DNA of 64,000 nt, from the NCBI GenBank assembly GCA_049700835.1, contig JBNAUL010000002.1, forward strand, positions 334,275-398,274, written 5' to 3'. A model generated the notes under the pieces. The model did no database searches. It was not told where the DNA came from and saw only the letters and a list, made by a program, of their open reading frames with translations. Shown in pieces: positions 9,999-19,411 of the stretch; within the stretch, counting starts at the first letter, position 1, and each line of letters opens with the position of its first letter. A program made the translations under genes and the position numbers. The DNA is from Candidatus Woesearchaeota archaeon. Its GTDB lineage: Archaea; Nanobdellota; Nanobdellia; Woesearchaeales; WAPY01.

Positions 9999-10406
9999 AT
10001 GATAATTGAAAGGAAAATAACCATTATAAAAGCAAGGAAAAAAGCTGATTTAAACATAAATGAAGAATTGTTGTGGATCGGCAATTCCCTAGGGCTTTTT
10101 CAGAAAAGGGACAAGGACAAATCATGCTATAGGATATTTTTGGAACTTATTAAAAACAAGAGAGGAGTGAGTTCTGATGAATTGGCTTACAAATTAGGGC
10201 TAACAAGAGCAACAATAATTCACCACTTAAAGAATCTTATGAAAGCAGGCATTGTTGTTGAGGAATCAAACAAATACTTTTTAAGGGTTGATACCCTCAA
10301 AGGAGTTGTTGAGGAATTGAAAAGGGACATCGAAAATATTTTAGATGATATTGAAAAGATAGCTTCCCATGTTGATGAAGTTCTTTCAAAAGAAAGAAAA
10401 TTATGA
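9999..10406 (+). CDS. Winged-helix (ArsR/TrmB-like) transcriptional regulator
   Basis: SSDELAYKLGLTRATIIHHLKNLMKAGIV HTH plus C-terminal coiled helix. Confidence 0.8.
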   Translation: MIIERKITIIKARKKADLNINEELLWIGNSLGLFQKRDKDKSCYRIFLELIKNKRGVSSDELAYKLGLTRATIIHHLKNLMKAGIVVEESNKYFLRVDTLKGVVEELKRDIENILDDIEKIASHVDEVLSKERKL

Positions 10407-10506
10407 ATTAAAAACTTTAAGAATTGAAATAACAAAAATAAAAGAATGAAAAATAAAACAAAAATTTTTAAAATCAATCCAAGCAATTATAAGTTCATTA
10501 AATGCA

Positions 10507-13500
10507 TTAAATGATTTCAAAGCTTCTGTACTTTACTCTCCTAAACTCGTCAGTGTATGCTGTTATTCTGACATCGTATGTTCCTGGTTTTGCATCGCAT
10601 GGGATATACAATGTCAAGTGCTTTGTCATTGTGTTGCCAACAGAGAGTTTGTCAATCCTTGTTGAATCTGAAACTCCAAGTTCTTGAATTGCAACTCTAA
10701 GCATCATGTTCTTCATGTCTTTTGTTCCAGAGTTTGTAAAACTGATGCTTATTGGCAGTTCCTCGCAGCTCTTAATATATTCAGGAATTCTTATTGCGCC
10801 AATGTAGAGTTCTTCCTCTGGAGTTTTCTTTACAATAATCTTTACTGTCTTTGAATCGCTAAGCAGTCCGTCGCTTGCTGTAACAACAGCATAATAAACT
10901 CCTGCATCCCCAATCTTTGTCTGCCATTCTCCGGTTGAATTTAAAGGCAATCCGAATGAAAATGCTATTGGATCATTATCAGGATCAGTTGCTTTTGGCA
11001 TTACTCTAACAAGTTCTCCCTCAATAACTTCGATGTCTTTTATTGGTTCTAATATTGGGGCATGATTTCCAGATTCTAAAACAGTTATTGTTATTGTCTC
11101 CTCATCTGTTAACAAACCATCACTAACAACAAAAGTAACATTATAAATTCCTGACTGCACAAAACTTGGAACCCAAGAAAAGGTTCTTGTCATTGAATTA
11201 AAGCTTGCCCCTAAAGGCAAGTTCAAAGCATAATAGCTCAATATATTTCCATCAACATCGCTCGCATTTATACTGAACTCTAATTTCTCTCCTTCTGCAA
11301 CTGCCTTGTTGCCTATTGGCTCTAATATTGGAGCATGATTTCCAAACTCAACAATAGTTATCTTTACTATCTGCTCATCGCTTAAAATTCCGTCTGTTGC
11401 TCCAAAGGTCACATAATAGGTTCCTGATTGAGTAAAGTCAGGAGTCCAACTAAACAACCCTGTCTCTGGATTTATTGTTGCTCCTGAAGGAATGTTTTTG
11501 GCATAATAAGTTAAAACATCTCCATCAACGTCTGTTGCTTGCAATTGTATTTCTAATAATGAACCCTCAATTCCTGTCTTGTTAGGAATAAAGCTTAACT
11601 CAGGAGCATGGTTGTCTGATTCTAAAATCCTTATTGTTATTTCCTTTGTTGTTGTTGTCTTGTAATCCGTTGCTTTAAACAATAAAATGTATGTTCCTGA
11701 TTGAGTAAAGTCAGGAGTCCAAGAAAATGTTCCAAAGCTTGAGTTTATGTTGTTAAATACTGCTCCTGATGGCAAATTCTCTGCCCACAATTCAATATTA
11801 GCGTCATCCAAGTCGTATGCTGAAACATTGAACTCTAACAACGAACCCTCAATTCCTGTCTTGTTCTGAGCAATGATTATTGGAGCTTGATTTCCTGCTT
11901 CCAAGACAGTTATGTTTATTGTTTCTTGAGCGCTTAGATAACCATCGCTGACAATGAATGTTACAGGATAAACCCCTGATTGAGTATAACTTGGAGTCCA
12001 TGAGAATGTTTTTGTTGCCAAATTAAAGTTTGCTCCGCTTGGAATTCCAATTATTGTATACATTAACTCGTCCATATCAGAGTCTGAAGCATTTATGCTG
12101 AATTGCAACAGTTGCCCTTCAATAACTTCTTTATTACCAATTGGTTCTAATATTGGGGCATGATTTCCAGATTCTAAAACAGTTATTGTTATTGTCTCCT
12201 CATCTGTTAACAAACCATCACTAACAACAAAAGTAACATTATAAATTCCTGACTGCACAAAACTTGGAACCCAAGAAAAGGTTCTTGTCATTGAATTAAA
12301 GCTTGCCCCTAAAGGCAAGTTCAAAGCATTGAAGTTCAAAGCATCTCCGTCAGAGTCTGAAGCATTTATGCTGAATTGCAAAAGCTCGCCTTCCATAACA
12401 CTCTTATTTCCTATTTGAGCTAAAACAGGAGCCCTGTTAGTATTATAAACAGTTATTGTTATTGTTTCATTATCCTGCAAACTACCGTCACTTGCAATAA
12501 ATATTACTTGATATATTCCTGCTTGTTCAAAATTAGGAGTCCATGAAAATACTTTAGTAGTTGGATTAAAGCTTGCTCCTGAAGGCAGATTCAAAGCACT
12601 GATTAAAACGCTATCATTGTCAGGGTCATAAGCAGAAACGCTGAACTCTAATAGATTTCCTTCCATAACGCTTTTATTTCCTATTGACTCTAAAACAGGA
12701 GCCCTGTTAGTATTATAAACAGTAATCATTATTGTCTCATTATCCTTTAAACTTCCATCGCTGGCAACGAATGTTACATAGTAAATTCCTGCTTGTTCAA
12801 AATTAGGAGTCCAAGAAAATATTCCTGTCATTGGATTAATGGTTGCTCCTGAAGGCAAATCCAAAGCAGAGTATGTTATTGAATCTCCATCAGGGTCTAT
12901 TGCATGAATATTAAACTGCAAGTTTGTGTTTTCATATGTTTCTTTGTTTCCAATAGGAGTTAAGTCAGGAGCCCTGTTTGTATTCTCAACATTGACAATA
13001 AAACTTTGATCAGCATAAGCCCCGTGATTGTCATAAACCCTTACTAAAACATTATGATTTCCTGATTGGTTAAAATCAGGAATCCAAGTTATCAGCCCTG
13101 TCAATGAATTAATGCTCATTCCAAACGGTTTAACTATCAATGTGTAGTTTAAAACATCTCCTAAATCAGGGTCTTCTGCATTAACATCATAAGCATAGCT
13201 GTAATTTTCTTTTGCAGTTGTTATTGGAGTTGATGTAATTCTCGGAGGTTGATTTATGTCAGTAATTGTTATTGTAAAGTTTTGAGTATCATAACCACCA
13301 TCACCATCACTTACCATAACGATGACATTTGCTGTTCCGAGCTTTGCATCAGAATCTTGAGGAGTCCAAACAATCAAACCTGTTGAGGAATTAATGCTCA
13401 TACCAGTAGGCGCTGTTATTAACGAGTATTGTAAAACATCATAAACATCTGGATCTATGGCATCAACATCATAACTATACAATGAAGCCTCAACAGCGCT

Positions 13501-16500
13501 AACAACAGGAGTTGAAGTTATAATCGGATTTTGATTTATGTCAGTAATTGTTATTGTAAAGTTTTGAGTTGTTGTTGCATAACCATCGTAAACTCCAACT
13601 ATAACATTCACTGTTCCTAATTTTGAATGAACATCTGTTGGTATCCAATTAATCAGACCTGTTGAGGAATTAATACTCATACCAGTAGGCGCTGTTATCA
13701 AGAGATAAGTCAAGTTATCCAAATCTTCATCATAAGCTTCAACATCATAACTATACAATGAAGCCTCAACAGCGCTAACAACAGGAGTTGAAGTTATTAT
13801 TGGAGCCCTGTTAGTGTTTAATACAATTATTCTTATTGTTTCATTATCTTCTAAACTTCCGTCGCTGACAACAAATGTTACATAATAAGTTCCTGATTGG
13901 TCAAAGTTTGGAATCCAAGAAAATACTCTTGTGACTGAATTGAATACTGCTCCTGCAGGCAAATCCAAAACAGAATAAGTCAATGCATCTCCATCAGCAT
14001 CATAAGCAGAAATAACAAATTCTAAAGTTGAGTTCTCTGCAACTGTTTTATTTCCTATTGGCTCTAAAACAGGAGCCCTATTAGTATTATAAACTGTTAC
14101 ATTAAAGCTCTCTTCATCATAAGCTCCCTGAACATCTGTTGCTCTAACAATGATTTCATAAATTCCTGATTGCTCATAATTTGGTGTCCAAGTTATTAAA
14201 CCTGTTAACGGGTTTATGGTCATTCCTTCTGGTTTTTGAGTTAAGGAATAGATTATGAAATCCTCATCAGGGTCTATTGCATATGCAATTATACTAACTG
14301 TTTGCCCTTCAAAAACTTCTTTATTGAACATAGGCATTAGATCAGGAGCTCTGTTAACATTCCTTACAATTATCCTTATTGTTCTATGGGTTTCATCAGT
14401 TCCATCGCTGACCCAAAAATCAACATTATAGGTTCCTGATTGGTCAAAATCAGGAGTCCAAGAAAACTTATGAGTTGCTGCATCAAAAGACGCTCCTGCA
14501 GGAACATTTGAAGCATAGTAAGTAATGTTATCATCATCAGGATCTATTGCATGAACAAAAAACTCTATTTTTTGGTTTTCATCCACATACATTGTTCCAT
14601 TCAATAAATCATCAAATACAGGAGCTCTGTTTCTGTTTAATACATTTATTGCTATTGTTTCCTCATCGCTTAATAAACCGTCGCTAACAAAAAATGTAAC
14701 ATGGTAAATTCCTGATTGGTCATAATCAGGAGTCCAAGAAAATCTTCTTGTTGTTGGATTAAACACAGCTCCAACAGGTAAGTCAAAAACAGAATAAGTC
14801 AATGCATCTCCATCAGCATCATAAGCAGAAATAACAAATTCTAAAAGTTCTCCTTCTCCTATGGTTTTATTTCCTATTTGAGCTAAAACAGGAGCCCTGT
14901 TAACATTATTAACAGTTACATTCCACTCCTTGCTGGCATTTGCTTTGGAATCTGTAACTAAAACCTTTACAGCATGAGTTCCTGCTGATTCGTAATTAGC
15001 ATTAAAAGTATAACTTGTTGTTGTTGATACCAAATAATTGTCAAGATACCAATTATAACTTAAACTGTCTCCATCAGGATCATAGGCAGAAACATTAAAG
15101 TATTGCGAATTGCCTTCATCTATTGTTGGGTTTGTTGATGGATAGTAAGAAGTTATTATTGGAACTCTATTAACATCATAAATTGTTATTGTAATGTTCT
15201 GCTTTCTTGTTGAATAACCATCGCTTGCTCTGAACTCAACAACATAAATTCCTGCTTGATTAAAATTAGGAGTCCAACTAAAAATGCCGAATGGAGAGAA
15301 AACTGCATTCAAAGGTAAATAGTTTGCAGAGTAGGTTATTGTATCATTCTCTGGATCTATTGCTGTAACATTAAAGCTCAATGTTGAGTTTTCATATTCA
15401 TTTTTATTGGTTAATCCTACAAAGTAAGGAGCTTGATTGCAACTTCCTAAAACGCAATAGGCATTTTCCCCGCAAATGCTTCCTGGATTTTCATCTATGA
15501 ACCTATCACAATTATCATCAATTCCATTGCAAACCTCAGGAGCTCCTGGATGAACATTCGGGTTTGTGTCGTTACAGTCAACCAAATTGTTGTAACCATC
15601 TCCATCCTCGTCCTTAACCTCAACCAATGTCTTAAAATTGTTCATGCTTGAATTGCTGCAGAAATTGTAAGTATTGCATGAGCTTACAATAAAATAGTAT
15701 GTTGAGTTTGAATCAAGCCCTGTTAATTTTATGCTATGAAGCTGCGTTAAACTCTCATCCTTAACAAAACTTCCTAAAGAGGTTGTTTTTCCATAATAGA
15801 CCATTGAGTTTGAACTATCGTCTGTGTTCCAATTTATTATTGCTGAGTTATGAGTTATGTTTGTAACATTTATGTTTGTTATCATTGGAGGAGTGTCATC
15901 AATCAAGCAATTAATATCAACGCTTCCAATTCCAAAGCCGCCATTCCCTCCTGTTTGAAAAACCCCAACAGCATACTCGTTGCAATTTTCGACGCTAACC
16001 TTGAATGTTGCTCCTGTTGAAAATCCAATCTGATCTTCTGTGTTGTAATAACCATTTCCCTTCAAGAAAGGAGGAACTTTGCTGTCATCAACTTGCCCTG
16101 AATAGTTGTAACCAGAATTTGGACCTGAGATTACTATAACATAATACTTTGTTCCTGCAGGAGCAGGATTTCCATTGAATGTTATCTTTCCTCTCACATA
16201 GTTTGGATTATAATCATCAACTATTGTTCCATTTGATTCGTAGTTCTGCTGCGTTGTAAAATTAAATAATGAGGAATTTGCGCAATTGTTGCTGTTGTCG
16301 CATGACTCAACCCTAAAGTAGTATTGCGTATTGTTTTCAAGATTTGAAATCAACAAGGAATGAGATGTTACTAAGTTTGCATTGTAAACATCATTTTCCA
16401 ATGTTGTTTTTCCATAGTAAACTCTTGATGTTGAGGGCTCATCTGTCTGCCATGTTATTAAGGCAGTGCTGTTAGTTGTTGTTGACAAAACATTGGAAAT

Positions 16501-17067
16501 TATTGGAGCTTGGGTGTCTTCAAAACTCATGTTCAAAATTATATCCACGCTCATATCTCCGCTCAAAATTACTTCTTTTACGCCATATTTATCAGAAGTC
16601 CATGCTTTTATTATTATTAAATCTCCATCATTTGCATTCAATGAAGCTTCATAGTGTCCTGTGTTTGTAAATAGGGGCGGAGTTCCTGATGTTACTGTTT
16701 CAACAATAATTCCCTTCATAGTATCATTAATTAAAACATTTGTTCCAGCAGGGGCTTGGCTTCCGTTCATCAAGTACACAATTCCTGAGATTAGATGAGG
16801 CACTGGCGGAGTTTCTGCCCTTGCAAATGTGCTAAAGCTTATTACTGCAAAAACAAGCATTAACAAAAAAATTCCTTTTGAATTCATATTTTTCATATTC
16901 TTCTCATTAGACATGCTCATCCCTCTGATTTCTTTTTTCTTGATTTCTTTTTTCTTTTTTGTTTCGCAAACATTAGTACCATCAAACTTAGCAACCTTCT
17001 TTCCATTGATTTTGTTTTTTCCTGTTTTCATGAACATCACCTGTTTTGTATTGATTTTCATTGACAT
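10507..17067 (-). CDS. Giant secreted surface protein: two FN3-like domains, Cys/Asp metal-binding motif, 17 cadherin/He_PIG-like Ig repeats, C-terminal CARDB-like domain
   Basis: Signal peptide KGIFLLMLVFAVISFSTFARA (likely start about 16920); ITWQTDE/IINWNTDD FN3; DEDGDGY..DCND...PGAPEVCNGIDDNCD; 17 repeats opening N[RQH]xP with A-x-D-x-D-x-D and FSWTP. Confidence 0.85.
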   Translation of the reverse strand: MSMKINTKQVMFMKTGKNKINGKKVAKFDGTNVCETKKKKEIKKKEIRGMSMSNEKNMKNMNSKGIFLLMLVFAVISFSTFARAETPPVPHLISGIVYLMNGSQAPAGTNVLINDTMKGIIVETVTSGTPPLFTNTGHYEASLNANDGDLIIIKAWTSDKYGVKEVILSGDMSVDIILNMSFEDTQAPIISNVLSTTTNSTALITWQTDEPSTSRVYYGKTTLENDVYNANLVTSHSLLISNLENNTQYYFRVESCDNSNNCANSSLFNFTTQQNYESNGTIVDDYNPNYVRGKITFNGNPAPAGTKYYVIVISGPNSGYNYSGQVDDSKVPPFLKGNGYYNTEDQIGFSTGATFKVSVENCNEYAVGVFQTGGNGGFGIGSVDINCLIDDTPPMITNINVTNITHNSAIINWNTDDSSNSMVYYGKTTSLGSFVKDESLTQLHSIKLTGLDSNSTYYFIVSSCNTYNFCSNSSMNNFKTLVEVKDEDGDGYNNLVDCNDTNPNVHPGAPEVCNGIDDNCDRFIDENPGSICGENAYCVLGSCNQAPYFVGLTNKNEYENSTLSFNVTAIDPENDTITYSANYLPLNAVFSPFGIFSWTPNFNQAGIYVVEFRASDGYSTRKQNITITIYDVNRVPIITSYYPSTNPTIDEGNSQYFNVSAYDPDGDSLSYNWYLDNYLVSTTTSYTFNANYESAGTHAVKVLVTDSKANASKEWNVTVNNVNRAPVLAQIGNKTIGEGELLEFVISAYDADGDALTYSVFDLPVGAVFNPTTRRFSWTPDYDQSGIYHVTFFVSDGLLSDEETIAINVLNRNRAPVFDDLLNGTMYVDENQKIEFFVHAIDPDDDNITYYASNVPAGASFDAATHKFSWTPDFDQSGTYNVDFWVSDGTDETHRTIRIIVRNVNRAPDLMPMFNKEVFEGQTVSIIAYAIDPDEDFIIYSLTQKPEGMTINPLTGLITWTPNYEQSGIYEIIVRATDVQGAYDEESFNVTVYNTNRAPVLEPIGNKTVAENSTLEFVISAYDADGDALTYSVLDLPAGAVFNSVTRVFSWIPNFDQSGTYYVTFVVSDGSLEDNETIRIIVLNTNRAPIITSTPVVSAVEASLYSYDVEAYDEDLDNLTYLLITAPTGMSINSSTGLINWIPTDVHSKLGTVNVIVGVYDGYATTTQNFTITITDINQNPIITSTPVVSAVEASLYSYDVDAIDPDVYDVLQYSLITAPTGMSINSSTGLIVWTPQDSDAKLGTANVIVMVSDGDGGYDTQNFTITITDINQPPRITSTPITTAKENYSYAYDVNAEDPDLGDVLNYTLIVKPFGMSINSLTGLITWIPDFNQSGNHNVLVRVYDNHGAYADQSFIVNVENTNRAPDLTPIGNKETYENTNLQFNIHAIDPDGDSITYSALDLPSGATINPMTGIFSWTPNFEQAGIYYVTFVASDGSLKDNETIMITVYNTNRAPVLESIGNKSVMEGNLLEFSVSAYDPDNDSVLISALNLPSGASFNPTTKVFSWTPNFEQAGIYQVIFIASDGSLQDNETITITVYNTNRAPVLAQIGNKSVMEGELLQFSINASDSDGDALNFNALNLPLGASFNSMTRTFSWVPSFVQSGIYNVTFVVSDGLLTDEETITITVLESGNHAPILEPIGNKEVIEGQLLQFSINASDSDMDELMYTIIGIPSGANFNLATKTFSWTPSYTQSGVYPVTFIVSDGYLSAQETINITVLEAGNQAPIIIAQNKTGIEGSLLEFNVSAYDLDDANIELWAENLPSGAVFNNINSSFGTFSWTPDFTQSGTYILLFKATDYKTTTTKEITIRILESDNHAPELSFIPNKTGIEGSLLEIQLQATDVDGDVLTYYAKNIPSGATINPETGLFSWTPDFTQSGTYYVTFGATDGILSDEQIVKITIVEFGNHAPILEPIGNKAVAEGEKLEFSINASDVDGNILSYYALNLPLGASFNSMTRTFSWVPSFVQSGIYNVTFVVSDGLLTDEETITITVLESGNHAPILEPIKDIEVIEGELVRVMPKATDPDNDPIAFSFGLPLNSTGEWQTKIGDAGVYYAVVTASDGLLSDSKTVKIIVKKTPEEELYIGAIRIPEYIKSCEELPISISFTNSGTKDMKNMMLRVAIQELGVSDSTRIDKLSVGNTMTKHLTLYIPCDAKPGTYDVRITAYTDEFRRVKYRSFEII
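11042..12329. repeat. Exact 190-bp direct repeat inside the giant surface gene (11042-11231 = 12140-12329)
   Basis: Base-by-base identity read from the sequence. Confidence 0.9.
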
Positions 17068-17082
17068 TGATTTTTATTGATT

Positions 17083-19305
17083 TTATATCGTGTTGTTTAT
17101 TGTAAGATTTGATTTGTTAGCATAAGCCCAATAGCCCCTTCCTGGCTCCAAAACATTAAAGTTGGGATTAGAACTTGAATACCAACCCCAATTATTATAA
17201 TGAACAGTAACCTCAAAATTCTGACTGCTAGCATTAAACCTGTACAACCTCAAAATGCTGTTCTTAGGAACAACAGGCAAAGGATCTCCAACAACAGATT
17301 CCTCTCCCAAACTTGGTTTTAACAACGAGTACCATCCAATCAGGTTCCAGCCGTTTTCCAAACTTATTTTAATTGTTTCTGGTTTGCTTCCAACAAGCAT
17401 TAATTTGCAATTCTGCGAATTGCAGGTTTGATTAGCATAAGCCCAATAGCCCCTTCCTGGCTCCAAAACATTAAAGTTGGGATTAGAACTTGAATACCAA
17501 CCCCAATTATTATAATGAACAGTAACCTCAAAATTCTGACTGCTAGCATTAAACCTGTACAACCTCAAAATGCTGTTCTTAGGAACAACAGGCAAAGGAT
17601 CTCCAACAACAGATTCTTGTCCAAGGGTCTTGTATGTAAGATTGAACGGCATTGATATCAAATTCCATCCTGCTTTTAATTCAACATCAATCTTTCCAAC
17701 AACAAAGTTGTTGCTGTCAGTTCTTCCAATATCGTCAACACACTTTACTGCATAGAATTTTTGTCTTGAGTTGTTTGCCAAATAGTCAGTATAATTAGTT
17801 TGGGTTGTTGTTATGTTTGGGGCTGAAAAGTTGAATGTTGCGTTGTTTGAGTAATAAACATTAAAGTTCTCAGGATTTCCAGAATAATTCCACTTTAACA
17901 ATATTCCATTCTCAGAATAAAATGCTTTTAAGTCAGTAATCTCACAACTCAGATTGTTTTGATTTTCAGAGCCGATTGTCGGCTGCATCTGCAGGAAATC
18001 AAAATTGTCCTTATCAGTGTCATAGCCGTCAATTCTCCTTCCAACAGAAAAGCCAGGGGTTGGATTAGGAGCATTGTTTGAGGTGTTTCCGTCATTGTAG
18101 TTCCCAAAACTTACATTATCAACGAGTGTTCCTGCTAAGTTCTTCAATGAGATGAAATCATCCTGGGATAATGAACTGAAATTAATAAAGTAGATGTGAG
18201 ATTTTGGAGGGATTGCTCCAAATATTTTTGCATTTGCTGTTTTTGTTGACAAGCTCCAATTGCTTATGTTCACTTCATAATCAGTTGGATTATAGAGTTC
18301 AATCCACTGGTCAAGGAAATTTATTATTCCGTCATGGTTCCAGTCATAGTTTGGGTTTGTTAGAAATTCATTTATAACAACATTCTTAACATCATTTATC
18401 AAAAAGGAATAGTTCTTTTCATCCTTAAGACCAAGTGTGTTGTTTACTAAAATTCTGAGAGTGTGATTTCCGCTCTGCTGATAATGCGAGATAAAGTTGT
18501 AAGCATTTGACTCTGAAACCAAGGAATTATCCATAAAAACTTTTATTGAATCAATCGCTATTCCGTTGTCATTTATTGAAAATGTAAGATTAAATGCAGA
18601 ACCCTCATTTATCTGCGTTGGAAAATTCACATTATTGATCTCAGGAGATTGAGCATTGAATGAAAACTCAACATACGGAGATGTGCTTTGGATTTCCCTT
18701 GAACTGACAATAGCATACTTGTTCCAAACATCCTCCTCTGCTGATTTCAGCATCAGTGAGAATGTTCTTTGAGGCAGGGTTTGAACTGCAAGCTGAGTTA
18801 TATCAAAGGAATACCATCCTGATTCGTTCAAAACAGCAGATGCGTTTACAAGATTGTTGTAGAGAGGAGCAGTGTTCCATGTAACAACTGATTCATTCCA
18901 TGAGTTTGAACAGTTATATACCTGAACATTTGTTACGCTGTTCCCTCCAATCTTGTAGACATAGAGTTTTGCGCTTACGATGTTTGATGAGTTTATGAGC
19001 GCAGGAATCTCAAACTTCAGATAGGAGCGCTCTATCCTTATGTTTGAATAATCTCCTTCAACACCAAACCTCAATTGATAATAGTCATTGAAGTTCGTTG
19101 TTGGATAGTAACTGCTGACATAAACATCTTCCTTTGGAACAGAACTTACTGTTGCTGTTGTAAGCCCAAAAATACCTTTTGAGTTCATGCTGATTAAAAA
19201 TATAAATATTATTATAGCTGCAAATACCAATTTCAACACTGATTTAAGATCTGATTTTAATCCTGATTTCAATCCAAAATTCCAAATCTCATTTTTAATT
19301 TTCAT
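17083..19305 (-). CDS. Secreted protein: DNRLRE-like, PKD-like, lamin-tail, FN3 domains and a duplicated GWNLI...PGRGYW C-terminal module
   Basis: EDVYVSSYYPTTNF..RSYLKF; VVINEFLTNP..QWIELYNPT lamin-tail; ATG 19305 after GGGGGT. Confidence 0.8.
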   Translation of the reverse strand: MKIKNEIWNFGLKSGLKSDLKSVLKLVFAAIIIFIFLISMNSKGIFGLTTATVSSVPKEDVYVSSYYPTTNFNDYYQLRFGVEGDYSNIRIERSYLKFEIPALINSSNIVSAKLYVYKIGGNSVTNVQVYNCSNSWNESVVTWNTAPLYNNLVNASAVLNESGWYSFDITQLAVQTLPQRTFSLMLKSAEEDVWNKYAIVSSREIQSTSPYVEFSFNAQSPEINNVNFPTQINEGSAFNLTFSINDNGIAIDSIKVFMDNSLVSESNAYNFISHYQQSGNHTLRILVNNTLGLKDEKNYSFLINDVKNVVINEFLTNPNYDWNHDGIINFLDQWIELYNPTDYEVNISNWSLSTKTANAKIFGAIPPKSHIYFINFSSLSQDDFISLKNLAGTLVDNVSFGNYNDGNTSNNAPNPTPGFSVGRRIDGYDTDKDNFDFLQMQPTIGSENQNNLSCEITDLKAFYSENGILLKWNYSGNPENFNVYYSNNATFNFSAPNITTTQTNYTDYLANNSRQKFYAVKCVDDIGRTDSNNFVVGKIDVELKAGWNLISMPFNLTYKTLGQESVVGDPLPVVPKNSILRLYRFNASSQNFEVTVHYNNWGWYSSSNPNFNVLEPGRGYWAYANQTCNSQNCKLMLVGSKPETIKISLENGWNLIGWYSLLKPSLGEESVVGDPLPVVPKNSILRLYRFNASSQNFEVTVHYNNWGWYSSSNPNFNVLEPGRGYWAYANKSNLTINNTI
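17117..17616. repeat. Exact 185-bp direct repeat (17117-17301 = 17432-17616)
   Basis: Base-by-base identity; encodes ESVVGDPLPVVPKNSILRLYRF...PGRGYWAYAN twice. Confidence 0.9.
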
Positions 19306-19411
19306 AAATACCCCCAATCCTTTTCCAATGATTTCCTTGCTTTTTCTATTCGCTATGTTCTAATCTTTGGTTTTTAAACAATGCAAGCAATAATAGTCTC
19401 ATAACATCCTC

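Noticed and set aside
11042..17616. Diversity-generating retroelement (TR/VR pairs) suggested by 185-190 bp repeats in surface genes
   Set aside because: The copies are identical with no adenine-specific mismatches, both lie in-frame within the same gene, and no reverse transcriptase is in the window.
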